From a virus: a stretch of DNA of 64,000 bases. This document shows positions 15,672 through 25,101 of this stretch, one piece after another. The notes beneath the pieces are model-generated. The model saw only the letters and a list, made by a program, of their open reading frames with translations, searched no databases and was not told the origin of the DNA. The stretch is from IMG/VR virus record IMGVR_UViG_3300045988_154892; one strand, given 5' to 3'. A program made the translations under genes and the position numbers. Position 1 is the first letter of the stretch. Each line of letters begins with the position of its first letter.

Positions 15672-16064
15672 ATGGTAGTTAGTTTTAGCAGAAACATCTT
15701 TTTGAAGTTGTATTGCAGAATTGAAAATAAAATCATAAACATAGACGGTAAAAGATGAAGAAATGGCAGACATAAATGTAGATGTCATGTATGTGGCAAG
15801 GTTTTGTATTCTAAGAAAGATAAGTATAGTCCAAAAGAATGCGGTTGGATGAGATTAAAAGACAAGAAAATTTACGATCCATGGATTTGTCATTCATGTT
15901 TGGAACATTATAAACATGGTAAATGGAATGTTTTAGATAATTGTAGTAATACAGGTGTGTGTTGTTCTGAATGCGGAAAGAAGGTGTACAGGTCTGGTTA
16001 TGCGAATCAGAAAGTAAAATCAAACTTCTGTCCGAACTGTGGAGCGAAAATGGATGTGAATTGA
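15672..16064 (+). CDS. double zinc-ribbon protein containing an in-frame TGA at 15756-15758
   Basis: GGAGAATAAAAT then ATG 15672. The first CxxC (CHVCG) lies upstream of the only later start (TTG 15804). Confidence 0.45.
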
Positions 16065-16078
16065 TTGGAGGAATAACG

Positions 16079-16471
16079 ATGGAGAACAAGACATTGACGG
16101 ATATCTATCTGATTTGTAAGGGTTGGTATAACAAGAGTCTACATAAAAACGAACTAGAAGCAATGAATTCATATTATCATAAACACTATGGATGCGATGA
16201 TATTACAGTTGACGTACCGTTTGTACTTCATTTGTTTCTTTATCCTTTAACATTGGAAATTATAAAAAGAGATCCTGATAAAGCAAAATTTCTTTTTATG
16301 GACGTGCAATTCGGAGAAAATAATCAATTATTTGTTAATGTCATGTATAGGCGAATTATACATATGATTATTCAATGTACCATTGGAACATTCAATCTGT
16401 CAGAATACGAAGAAATGTTTGACGCAGCAAAAGAGTGTAATTATGAAGATGAAACACTTGGGATTATATAA
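16079..16471 (+). CDS. hypothetical protein
   Basis: GGAGGAATAACG then ATG. Confidence 0.6.
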   Translation: MENKTLTDIYLICKGWYNKSLHKNELEAMNSYYHKHYGCDDITVDVPFVLHLFLYPLTLEIIKRDPDKAKFLFMDVQFGENNQLFVNVMYRRIIHMIIQCTIGTFNLSEYEEMFDAAKECNYEDETLGII

Positions 16472-16597
16472 TGAAAGCGATATTTCGTTAGGAGAATAAA
16501 TATTGTGTATGGTCAGGGAAATCGTATGAAAGAATATTATAAAAATATACCAAAAGCAAAATTGATGAGAAAATTATGGATGGAAGTGTGAAAGAAT

Positions 16598-16903
16598 ATG
16601 AAGGAATCTAATTATATCAAATACAGTAAGCCATATCCTACCATTGGAGAATTAATCAAGGACAATGATTATGATTATGTGTCTTATAGAATCGATTATC
16701 CAGGCTGTGATGAAGAACATGGGACGTTTGCAGGTTGTTTCGCTGCTGTAGATGGAAGAATTGTTCCGCTGGATGGAGATAGCTATAGTCTCGAAGAAGA
16801 GGTTATAGAATCTTATGAGTGGAATGATCCAGACGAAGGAATTGAGAATGGATTTCTGGTAGTGGTTATTGGAGATGTAATGAGGATGAATTATAAGAGG
16901 TAG
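16598..16903 (+). CDS. hypothetical acidic protein
   Basis: ORF-track ORF. Confidence 0.6.
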   Translation: MKESNYIKYSKPYPTIGELIKDNDYDYVSYRIDYPGCDEEHGTFAGCFAAVDGRIVPLDGDSYSLEEEVIESYEWNDPDEGIENGFLVVVIGDVMRMNYKR

Positions 16904-16909
16904 AAAAAG

Positions 16910-17326
16910 ATGTTAAATAAAGAAAAATATAGAGAAAAAATTTTTGAGATTGCTGTTAATCATGATACATGTGGAGTCAAAAATGGAGAAGTGCGTTCAT
17001 GTGGAGAATTAAGTTGTTATGATTGTGATTTTTATAGTTCAGATCATTGCGATATGGATTTTCAAAAATGGGCAAATTCTGGATATAAGGAACCAGAAAT
17101 TGACTGGTCAAAAGTTCCAGTGGATACGCCCGTGTTGGTAGGAAATGACAAAAATGATCTATGGATGCGAAGATACTTTTGTAAATATTGTAATTTAGCT
17201 AATGATTATAAATTCGAAGTTTTTTCTGAAGGTAGAACATCTTGGTCTTCTAAAGGAGACAGTTATTGTTATCCATATTGTAAATTTGCGAGAGAAGAAG
17301 ACATTGAAAAATACAGAAAGGTATAA
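16910..17326 (+). CDS. hypothetical Cys-rich protein
   Basis: ORF-track ORF. Confidence 0.6.
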   Translation: MLNKEKYREKIFEIAVNHDTCGVKNGEVRSCGELSCYDCDFYSSDHCDMDFQKWANSGYKEPEIDWSKVPVDTPVLVGNDKNDLWMRRYFCKYCNLANDYKFEVFSEGRTSWSSKGDSYCYPYCKFAREEDIEKYRKV

Positions 17327-17386
17327 ATATGAATCAAAAAAATATGAATACGTTATAGTGTTTAATAATTGATAGGAGTGATAAAC

Positions 17387-17608
17387 ATGATTAATATCAA
17401 AGAAAAAGAATTAAAACCATGCCCGTTCTGCGGGTGGACTAAATTAAGAATTGGTCAAAAGACAAGATATTCGAAAGTTGCATATTTTGTGATTTGCAAT
17501 AAGTGTCATGCTAGAGGCGGAACGTGTAGTGTAGATACTTATAGAAAAGAAGAGGAACACGATAAAACAAAATGCGAAGCAATTCGAAAATGGAATGAGA
17601 GAATATAA
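17387..17608 (+). CDS. Lar-family restriction alleviation protein
   Basis: KPCPFCG...CNKCHARG...EAIRKWNER is the Lar-family signature. SD GGAGTG. Confidence 0.75.
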   Translation: MINIKEKELKPCPFCGWTKLRIGQKTRYSKVAYFVICNKCHARGGTCSVDTYRKEEEHDKTKCEAIRKWNERI

Positions 17609-17610
17609 TT

Positions 17611-18054
17611 ATGAATCAATTGGAAGAGGCATTGAGAGAGCAAATTGATTATTGTGTAAAGATGGAACATTTCCATAGTGCAGTTTTCTGTTCTACACAG
17701 GAGAAAAAAATAATTGTAGAAAAATCATTAGATAAGATTTTAGAAAACATTCCAAAAGAATCACATTTATTTCTTTCTCGGCGTGATAACACATCTGTTT
17801 TATTCTTTTCAAATTCAAGTGTCTTGAGAGTTTTCAATTTGTCGGATTTAAAAACTAATCGAGGTTATAAGTGCAATGGATGCATCATCGACAAAGAAAT
17901 GCCACAGGAATTAAAAGAAATTTTGGTGTATGCTCGAATAATTCCTAGGACATTTACTATGAACGGAGAATATGACTACGAAACATGGGACGCTGTTAAA
18001 GAGAGGGTTAAAGAAGTATGGTGGCCAGATACGATAGATGAATTAAGTTGTTAG
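17611..18054 (+). CDS. hypothetical protein
   Basis: ORF-track ORF. Confidence 0.6.
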   Translation: MNQLEEALREQIDYCVKMEHFHSAVFCSTQEKKIIVEKSLDKILENIPKESHLFLSRRDNTSVLFFSNSSVLRVFNLSDLKTNRGYKCNGCIIDKEMPQELKEILVYARIIPRTFTMNGEYDYETWDAVKERVKEVWWPDTIDELSC

Positions 18055-18404
18055 AAGAAAACGGATATGTTATTTTGTCGTATATCCAAATAAATGGGGT
18101 AGATATGGAATTTGAAAGACATTATCATAAGAGTGAGAAACTTTATATTGAATATTTAAATGTATATGGAACCGTGCATTTTGATTGTAATGAGTGTTTC
18201 TGTGGTAGATCATGGGTTCTTCTGACGGCAAGTAAAGGCGATGATTGGCATAAGCCATATACCATTACTGTGACTATTTGTGATCAGGATGACTATGATA
18301 TTGGACAAATTTATTATTGTAGTGAAGAAAATTTTATACAGGTTCTAAGGAAATTGATCAACTGGATGAATGATTTGGAACACGGAATGTGTTTTTTACG
18401 ATGA
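18048..18404 (+). CDS. hypothetical protein
   Basis: TTG 18048 or ATG 18105. Confidence 0.5.
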   Translation: MLEENGYVILSYIQINGVDMEFERHYHKSEKLYIEYLNVYGTVHFDCNECFCGRSWVLLTASKGDDWHKPYTITVTICDQDDYDIGQIYYCSEENFIQVLRKLINWMNDLEHGMCFLR

Positions 18405-18467
18405 ATTAATTGTAGATGTAGAAAACTTCTTTCCAGATTGTGGTTGTAGAAAAGAGTGGAGGTAATT

Positions 18468-18782
18468 ATGGAACATATAGTTCAGTTTGGGATCAGTATT
18501 GATGATGATCAAATTAAGAAAACGATAGAGAACAATGTTAGATCTCAAGTTGTAGCGGAAATTAAAAAAGATTGTATGAAACAATTAATTGGAAATGACA
18601 ATGCAAGTGCTTATCAATATTCTCAGAAAATTAAAGACATGGTAAATGATAACATCAAGTCATTTTTAGAAGAAAATAAGGAAACTATTATTAAAGAAGC
18701 AGTGAATCAGTTAGCAGAAAAATTATCAAGAACGAAAGCTGCGAAGGAAGCTTTAAGTAAGACGATTGGAGACATGTTTTAA
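18468..18782 (+). CDS. hypothetical protein
   Basis: GGAGGTAATT then ATG. Confidence 0.6.
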   Translation: MEHIVQFGISIDDDQIKKTIENNVRSQVVAEIKKDCMKQLIGNDNASAYQYSQKIKDMVNDNIKSFLEENKETIIKEAVNQLAEKLSRTKAAKEALSKTIGDMF

Positions 18783-18784
18783 CA

Positions 18785-19045
18785 ATGAAAACCAATATAC
18801 ATAAAGTAAATTACGATGGAACTCCAAACACGAATGGGAATTGGTGGGTATGGAGAGAAACATGTGATAGGTGTCAAAAATTGATATATGATGAGACAAC
18901 GCAGCATTCGGATTTTGAGGAAGCAGATGTGGATTTTTGTGCTGAATGTATCAGATATTTTATGAAAAAACATATTTCTTATAAAGAAGCTGAAATGAAA
19001 TACACAAAGAAGAATTTGAATTTCAATTCAGATGAAAAATTTTAA
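18785..19045 (+). CDS. hypothetical zinc-ribbon protein
   Basis: CDRC...CAEC. Confidence 0.6.
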   Translation: MKTNIHKVNYDGTPNTNGNWWVWRETCDRCQKLIYDETTQHSDFEEADVDFCAECIRYFMKKHISYKEAEMKYTKKNLNFNSDEKF

Positions 19046-19075
19046 CTAAGAAATTGCACTTTCATAGGAGAAAAT

Positions 19076-19297
19076 ATGGTCAAAGAATATTGTGATATTT
19101 GTGGTAAAAAAGCGAAAACCACGAAGTACGTACTACCTTTTCGGTACAAAGAAAAAGCGAATGATAAATTTAACAATACAATCTTGTGTTTTGATGTGGT
19201 AAAACCAACGGAAGTAGATTTATGTACAAATTGTGCTTGGGATATAAATTCGTTAATATGTTATGATATTAAACAGGTCTTAGATAGAAATAAATAA
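19076..19297 (+). CDS. hypothetical zinc-ribbon protein
   Basis: CDICG...CTNC. SD AGGAGAAAAT. Confidence 0.6.
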   Translation: MVKEYCDICGKKAKTTKYVLPFRYKEKANDKFNNTILCFDVVKPTEVDLCTNCAWDINSLICYDIKQVLDRNK

Positions 19298-19344
19298 TTT
19301 ATGAGTGTTCGCTCAAATAATTTCACAGAATAGGAAAATTAAAT

Positions 19345-20211
19345 ATGGGAATTACAGCAAAGAGTTATTTTAGTGGAGCTGGTGGCATGGATCTTGGGAT
19401 TAAAGAAGCCGGTATCAACATTTTAGAGTCATTTGAAATTGACAAGAAATGTTGTGATACTTTGCGAAAAAATTTTAATCATAAGGTTAACGAATGTGAT
19501 ATTGCCAAAATAACAGTATTAGATCAGCAGGATGCGGACGTTTACATTGGGACATTTCCGTGTACTAAATATTCAACTGCTGCAGACATTAATGGAACAC
19601 GAACAGGCGATGATTTGTTTTTACATTTCTTTCGACATATTGTATTAGCAAAACCAGAAATGTATGTTGTTGAGAATGTGCCTGGAATGCTTAAGTTTAG
19701 AGTTGTTATGGAAGCACTGACAAAACTTCCGGATTATTACGTTCGAATTGAATGTCCAGTTAATGCGAATATGTGGTCGCCACAGGAAAGAAAGCGACTG
19801 ATTCTAATTGGCAGTAAAAAGCCTTTTAGTCGTTTTGAATATCCAGAAAGAAAACCATTGAGATTGAAAGATATTCTGGAAAAAGATAGTGAAGTAGATA
19901 TTCCGCAATATGTTTTGAATCGTATTAATGGAAAATACAGGGACAACCCAATTGTATCTGATCCAGAAAATGATGATCTTGCACCAACATGTGTTGCTCA
20001 CTATGCAAAGGATAAAGGGACAAGATTAATTAAGGATGGAAAGAGAATAAGACCATATACGGTTAGAGAATATGCGAGACTACAAGGATTTCCTGATTGG
20101 TTTCAGTTTTGCGGAACTGATAATGATGCTTATCGTCAAATTGGTAATGCAGTGGCGGTACCTATGGGTAGATGGATTGGAGAACAGATTGTAAGATATT
20201 TCGAACAATAG
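19345..20211 (+). CDS. dcm: DNA (cytosine-5) methyltransferase
   Basis: Motifs FSGAGGMDLG (I), TFPCTKYS (IV), ENVPGM (VI), QERKRL (VIII), GNAVAVP (X). Confidence 0.9.
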   Translation: MGITAKSYFSGAGGMDLGIKEAGINILESFEIDKKCCDTLRKNFNHKVNECDIAKITVLDQQDADVYIGTFPCTKYSTAADINGTRTGDDLFLHFFRHIVLAKPEMYVVENVPGMLKFRVVMEALTKLPDYYVRIECPVNANMWSPQERKRLILIGSKKPFSRFEYPERKPLRLKDILEKDSEVDIPQYVLNRINGKYRDNPIVSDPENDDLAPTCVAHYAKDKGTRLIKDGKRIRPYTVREYARLQGFPDWFQFCGTDNDAYRQIGNAVAVPMGRWIGEQIVRYFEQ

Positions 20212-20262
20212 GAGATAGGTATGGAAGAAGTTTTGTTTCATTTGGAGGGTAAAAAATAAATA

Positions 20263-20424
20263 ATGACTACAAAAGAAAAAGAACTTAAAGAGGAATACGA
20301 AAAATTCATACTAACAAAAGAAGGTAAGGAATGGATAAATCATTGGCAGAAGATAATTGGTTCTGATACTGGCGGAGACTTTGGAGATTATTTATATGAT
20401 TTCTATCCTGAAATGATTTCTTAG
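20263..20424 (+). CDS. hypothetical protein (53 aa)
   Basis: Unlisted ORF MTTKEKELKEEYEKF... Confidence 0.5.
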   Translation: MTTKEKELKEEYEKFILTKEGKEWINHWQKIIGSDTGGDFGDYLYDFYPEMIS

Positions 20425-20437
20425 GAAGGAGAATATT

Positions 20438-20945
20438 ATGAAGAAAACGAAAATTATTAGTGCATTTCCTGCTTGTGGCAAGACATATGCTTTTAAAAAA
20501 ATTAAATGAAAAAGGTTATAAGATTCTCGATAGCGATAGCAGTCGGTTCAGTTGGTGTTATGATTATGATCCAACCATTTCAGATCAAATTGAAGAGTAT
20601 CGTAATCCAGAATTTCCAAGTAATTATATTCAGCACATTAAAGAGAATATTGAGAAAGCTGATTATATTTTCGTAAGCAGCCACAAAGAAGTAAGAGATG
20701 CTTTAATTGAAAATGGAATCTATTTTACATTGGTTTATCCAGATAGAAGCATGAAAGCTGAATGGGTTGGCAGATGTTTCTTGCGTGGAAGTGGCGAAAA
20801 GTTCTGTCAGCTCATTGCAGACAATTGGGATAAATGGATTAATGAAATGGAAGAAGTTGAGTGCGACAAATGGATTCTTGGAGATAAGGAATCAATTGAC
20901 AGATATTATTATCTTGATGAATTAGTAGAGAACAAATTGATTTAA
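20438..20945 (+). pseudogene. P-loop NTPase split by a +1 frameshift in an A7 run (20495-20501)
   Basis: MKKTKIISAFPACGKTYAF (Walker A) stops at 20507-20509. Removing one A joins it to ...KKLNEKGYKILDSDSS (ORF 20460-20945). Confidence 0.5.
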
Positions 20946-20960
20946 CATGAGGTGAAAATT

Positions 20961-21308
20961 ATGTATCAAAATTGCTGTAGAAAGTGTGGAAGTACATCTT
21001 TGCATACGAAAGAAAAGGGTAACAACACAGGGTTATATTGTGATGATTGCGGTGCTTGGATAAAATGGCTTGGAAAAGATGAATTGAGAGCATTTGAGCA
21101 TTCACAGAAATCGCAATTACCAAAAACAAGTTGCGACATTCCGATGTCTGAAGTTGTAACAGCTTGCTCACCAAAAACAATTGCAAGAATCAAACTGTGT
21201 GGAGTGATGGTTTTTTATGTTACAGATATGATGCCATGGAAGAAACCGACAGAAGAACAGATTAAGAACCTTCATGATATGTTATGTATCGATGTTGAAA
21301 TTTTTTGA
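20961..21308 (+). CDS. hypothetical zinc-ribbon protein
   Basis: CRKCGS...CDDCG. Confidence 0.6.
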   Translation: MYQNCCRKCGSTSLHTKEKGNNTGLYCDDCGAWIKWLGKDELRAFEHSQKSQLPKTSCDIPMSEVVTACSPKTIARIKLCGVMVFYVTDMMPWKKPTEEQIKNLHDMLCIDVEIF

Positions 21309-21352
21309 AGATGGAGAATAAGTATTATGCATGGAAAGATGGTGAAGAATAA

Positions 21353-21775
21353 ATGGAAGTATTAGTAAATACGGAGTATCAAGATGTTTATAGAATTGTA
21401 GATGGTGTGCTGCTTATTGTAAATAAATTCTTATACAAAGATTATTCTAAGAAAACAAATCGTATTGTGGAAGTCAATAATACAGGAAGAGACAATTGTA
21501 AAACATACAATAAAGGATGTCAGTCTTGTCTGAAAGAGTTAAAAAGAGATTATCTTAACACATATGCAACAGTAACAATTCCTAAAGGTACAGTTCTGTA
21601 TCATGGCTATCCAGTAGAATATACAATTAAACCAGAGAATTATATTTACGAGATCAAAACCACAGGTAATGCCTTTGGTGGTGATTATGGTGAAGTGATG
21701 GATATGATTAAGAATATCCGTGAAGTCATGGATGGTAATAATTTTGCTAACGATTCATGTTTAAAAGGAGAATAA
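21353..21775 (+). CDS. hypothetical protein
   Basis: ORF-track ORF. Confidence 0.6.
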   Translation: MEVLVNTEYQDVYRIVDGVLLIVNKFLYKDYSKKTNRIVEVNNTGRDNCKTYNKGCQSCLKELKRDYLNTYATVTIPKGTVLYHGYPVEYTIKPENYIYEIKTTGNAFGGDYGEVMDMIKNIREVMDGNNFANDSCLKGE

Positions 21776-21779
21776 TATA

Positions 21780-22328
21780 ATGTCTGATTTATATGTATAT
21801 CTAATTCGTTCAAGAAATAAAGACAACAAAGATGTTCCTAATTTCAAGGAACGTGCAAAGACTATCTTGGAATACAAAGAAAATGAAGATAGAGTAATCA
21901 AAGAATTTCATAGATTTGCAGCAGATGGAGTTCCTGGCGAACAGACAAGATTGTATCGGTCTGTAAATTCAAGAAATGAAGAAAAGATAATGAAAGAACT
22001 TATTATTAGATTGCTTAGAGATAAACCAAGTGTGACAAAGCTGAATCGTACATTAGCTTCTGTTGCGCAGCAAGTAGAGAATCGGGATGAGAGTAAATGG
22101 TTGTTTGATTTCGATGTGGACGATGAAGAAAAAGTAAATGATTTTATCGATGATATTTACTTTTATTCTGAACTAGAAAATCATGAATTATATAAAACTC
22201 CACATGGTTATGCGATTGTGGTTCCTCATAAATTTGATATAAGAGAATTAATGGAGAAGTGGAAAGATTATGATATCACATTAAAAAAAGATAGATTGTT
22301 GTTCTTGGATATGATTACAAAGGAGTGA
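21780..22328 (+). CDS. hypothetical protein
   Basis: GGAGAATAATATA then ATG. Confidence 0.65.
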   Translation: MSDLYVYLIRSRNKDNKDVPNFKERAKTILEYKENEDRVIKEFHRFAADGVPGEQTRLYRSVNSRNEEKIMKELIIRLLRDKPSVTKLNRTLASVAQQVENRDESKWLFDFDVDDEEKVNDFIDDIYFYSELENHELYKTPHGYAIVVPHKFDIRELMEKWKDYDITLKKDRLLFLDMITKE

Positions 22329-22334
22329 AGCGAA

Positions 22335-22718
22335 TTGACGTTTGAAGAAAGAATACGTGAATATTGTCTACGATCAGACATAGTGTATGAAAGAATCCTT
22401 TCATCTCCATGTGAAAAAGACTTGTATGTTTTGTATCCATCAGAATTAGCAAATGAACAGATCCTCCAAGACAATATTCCAAAGATGTTAAAGGTTATAA
22501 AGGAATATATCAGTGAGTTGGAATTATGTGCATATTGTATGCGTAAAGTTGATAATCTTTATTTTGATTCTCAAAAAACAGTTATAATAAATGAAGCACA
22601 TAACCGTCAAGAAAAAGCAGATGAGCTGGCAGAAATTATGAATGAAGGAATTAGTCCTTATGCTTGGTATTATTATGATACTGCGGAAGGATATGTTGTG
22701 TATTTAGACAATATTTAA
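22335..22718 (+). CDS. hypothetical protein
   Basis: TTG after AAGGAG. Confidence 0.6.
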   Translation: MTFEERIREYCLRSDIVYERILSSPCEKDLYVLYPSELANEQILQDNIPKMLKVIKEYISELELCAYCMRKVDNLYFDSQKTVIINEAHNRQEKADELAEIMNEGISPYAWYYYDTAEGYVVYLDNI

Positions 22719-22732
22719 GGAGGGAACTAACA

Positions 22733-22889
22733 ATGGCAGAAGCAACAAGATTATGTCCTGTTTGTAGGACAATCATGAAATCAGCAGCTTACAAAGTTGG
22801 AAAATAATATTTTTACACCTGATGGTGTTGGTATTATTGGAAAACTTTTAGTATGTCCGAAATGTGGGAATTTAGCAGTGGTGAAATAA
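22733..22889 (+). pseudogene. small zinc-ribbon ORF split by a +1 frameshift at an A4 run (22801-22804)
   Basis: MAEATRLCPVCRT...YKVGK stop. The second half, NNIFTPDGVGIIGKLLVCPKCGNLAVVK, is in the +1 frame. Confidence 0.4.
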
Positions 22890-22892
22890 ATT

Positions 22893-23309
22893 ATGGAGAA
22901 AGTAATTAGATATATATGCGATTACTGCGGTGAATTGTTTAGTTTAGAAGAATGGTGTTTGGAACATGAAGAGTCGCACAGAAAATCAGAAAAAGCTAAT
23001 GAGATGCTTAGTGGCGGTAAAACATTAAAAGAGATTAATAACGAATGTCATCTTTGGTCTGAAGTTCCAGATTATTTAAAGAATGTGACAAAAGATAATT
23101 GCTTTGTCGTTAGTTACTGGCAATGTTGTGACAAGCCAGCTTATAGAATTGTTTCTATTACTCATAAAGGACGATTAGAACTTTGGGGTTGTGGTTCTTG
23201 GAATGGTTATTACGGTGGTGAGTTTAAGATTGGCAATGATAATCTTAAAGATCCAAGACCTAAAGAAGAATTGTTTATTGATCCGAGATATGAAGAATTA
23301 TATTGGTAG
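22893..23309 (+). CDS. hypothetical protein with CxxC...HxxxxH finger
   Basis: CDYCGELFSLEEWCLEHEESH. Confidence 0.6.
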   Translation: MEKVIRYICDYCGELFSLEEWCLEHEESHRKSEKANEMLSGGKTLKEINNECHLWSEVPDYLKNVTKDNCFVVSYWQCCDKPAYRIVSITHKGRLELWGCGSWNGYYGGEFKIGNDNLKDPRPKEELFIDPRYEELYW

Positions 23310-23349
23310 GGTAACTTTGTAATAGAGAATAATTAAAGGAGGAAAACGA

Positions 23350-24474
23350 TTGAGAAGTAGTATTTTTATTCCTAAAACAATTAATGTTGGTTATCAGAAT
23401 CGTTCAGGAACATATACAGGAAAGCTTGCTTATGTAATTTACTATGACGAAAAGGGTAAGTTGCGAAAAGAGACTTCATGGAATGGTTGGCGAGATAAGG
23501 ATATTCCAAATAACGAATATGATAATATTCCAACCGAAGGATTTGTGCTTAATAAAAAAGCAGGTGATTATTCTACGGATTGGGATCATAGACATGCATA
23601 TTGTAGAGTATACGATCCACGAGGATTTGAATTTGAGATTACCATTGAGAATTTATTATACATTCTTGAAAATGCAAATTGCATCAGAGGTAAAGGACTT
23701 GAAGGAGAATTTGTATATGGATGGGATGGAAAAGATTTAGTTCTTATGCCAGTAGAATCACCTGATTATAAAGAGATTGGTGAGTTTAATAAGATTATCC
23801 ATAATAATGAATGTGTTAAGGCAAAAGACCTTATTATAGGTGCTACATATTTAACTAAAGATAATGAAAATTGGATTTATATGGGTAAATTTGATGTCTA
23901 TGATAGATATAAAAATTGGAAAAATAAAGGTAAACATTTTTGGTTTTGGAAAGATAGTTATTTTGAGCATTATAGGTCGATGCCAAAGAATAAATTTATC
24001 AAATGTATTGATGATAAGTGCAATGAAAAGTATGCAGACATTTTTGATAAATTGGAAGGAGAATCTGAGTATTCTCCATATGATAGTAGCAAAGACGAAT
24101 ATAAATACTTTACACTTGATGAATTTAAAAAAGACGCTTACTGGGAAAGAATTCGTTTTATAAGCGAATATTATAGTGGGAATAAATATGTATTTGAGAC
24201 TTATAAACGGGATGATAATTTATATATTATCTATAAAATACAAATGGAATATATGCATTACGGTCCATATGAAGAACGTGTTAAAGTAACTGACATATTT
24301 CCTACCACATCTAAAATGGTTAAGTCAAACCGATATCCATATAATGATAAAGAAGAAAAACATATGAATCCTGTTACTATTGAACAGATTTTTGAAACAA
24401 TGAAGCCAATGTATATTCAGAAACATTTAGCAAACGGCAGAGAATATGAAAGGAGTACGAAATCAAATGAGTAA
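23350..24474 (+). CDS. hypothetical protein (374 aa)
   Basis: TTG after AAAGGAGG. Confidence 0.7.
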   Translation: MRSSIFIPKTINVGYQNRSGTYTGKLAYVIYYDEKGKLRKETSWNGWRDKDIPNNEYDNIPTEGFVLNKKAGDYSTDWDHRHAYCRVYDPRGFEFEITIENLLYILENANCIRGKGLEGEFVYGWDGKDLVLMPVESPDYKEIGEFNKIIHNNECVKAKDLIIGATYLTKDNENWIYMGKFDVYDRYKNWKNKGKHFWFWKDSYFEHYRSMPKNKFIKCIDDKCNEKYADIFDKLEGESEYSPYDSSKDEYKYFTLDEFKKDAYWERIRFISEYYSGNKYVFETYKRDDNLYIIYKIQMEYMHYGPYEERVKVTDIFPTTSKMVKSNRYPYNDKEEKHMNPVTIEQIFETMKPMYIQKHLANGREYERSTKSNE

Positions 24475-24874
24475 GAATGATGATAGAATTTTAGAATTAA
24501 AGAAACAGATTGAGGATAAGAGAAAAGCTATCTCTGAGAAGAAGATTAGATTTGTTCCTGAGACAAATTGTGTTCTCAATATGGATGGAATAACTATCAA
24601 CCTTAATGTATGTTCAGATGATGCATTAGTGTTGTTACTTATTAGACTTAATTCATATCTTATGTCAGCAGTTGACCTTGGAATGCCTGATTTTGAGATT
24701 TCGGGCTACAGTGTAACGGATTGGATTAAGGACATTAAGAGTAAATTAGAAGTGTCTAGTCTAAAGAAAGAGGAAACAGATTTGAAGAAGATGGAGAGTA
24801 AACTGGACAAACTGCTATCTAATGACAAGAAAACTGAGATTGAAATTGATGAGATTGCAAGTCTATTGAGGTAG
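24467..24874 (+). CDS. hypothetical protein
   Basis: ATG overlaps the previous stop. Confidence 0.6.
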   Translation: MSKNDDRILELKKQIEDKRKAISEKKIRFVPETNCVLNMDGITINLNVCSDDALVLLLIRLNSYLMSAVDLGMPDFEISGYSVTDWIKDIKSKLEVSSLKKEETDLKKMESKLDKLLSNDKKTEIEIDEIASLLR

Positions 24875-24891
24875 TATTGGAGAATAAATCA

Positions 24892-25056
24892 ATGGAAGAA
24901 TATATTAAGAGAATTGAACAAATTGCAGCAAGATGCACAGAAAGTCAGTCAGATGGATATTCACAGATTATGAGAATCTGTGATGCCATGAGAGAAGAAC
25001 AGAGATATTGCTTAGGATATGTTTCTGAAAAATGGGATCAAATCCCCACAATTTGA
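24892..25056 (+). CDS. hypothetical protein (54 aa)
   Basis: GGAGAATAAATCA then ATG; unlisted ORF. Confidence 0.5.
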   Translation: MEEYIKRIEQIAARCTESQSDGYSQIMRICDAMREEQRYCLGYVSEKWDQIPTI

Positions 25057-25101
25057 TTAGTAATGAAATTTTTCTTTCAATAGAAGGAGAGAATAAACAT
25101 T

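Noticed and set aside
16475-16600. Upstream short ORFs in the same frame as the following gene and separated only by a stop: MKEYYKNIPKAKLMRKLWMEV-TGA-KN-ATG at 16526-16598, and MEEVLFHLEGKK-TAA at 20221-20259 before ATG 20263
   Set aside because: In both cases the downstream gene has its own ATG right after the stop, so nothing requires readthrough. Sharing a frame is a 1-in-3 chance event. They are more likely chance ORFs or coupled leader ORFs.
23444-24163. Alternative-frame +strand ORFs (23444-23740, 23864-24163; also 3435-3650, 8356-8550, 11176-11391, 14628-14822, 40554-40772, 45111-45347, 49288-49530, 54698-54895, 60391-60600)
   Set aside because: They are embedded in longer ORFs with better coding character or recognisable motifs, and none has an SD.
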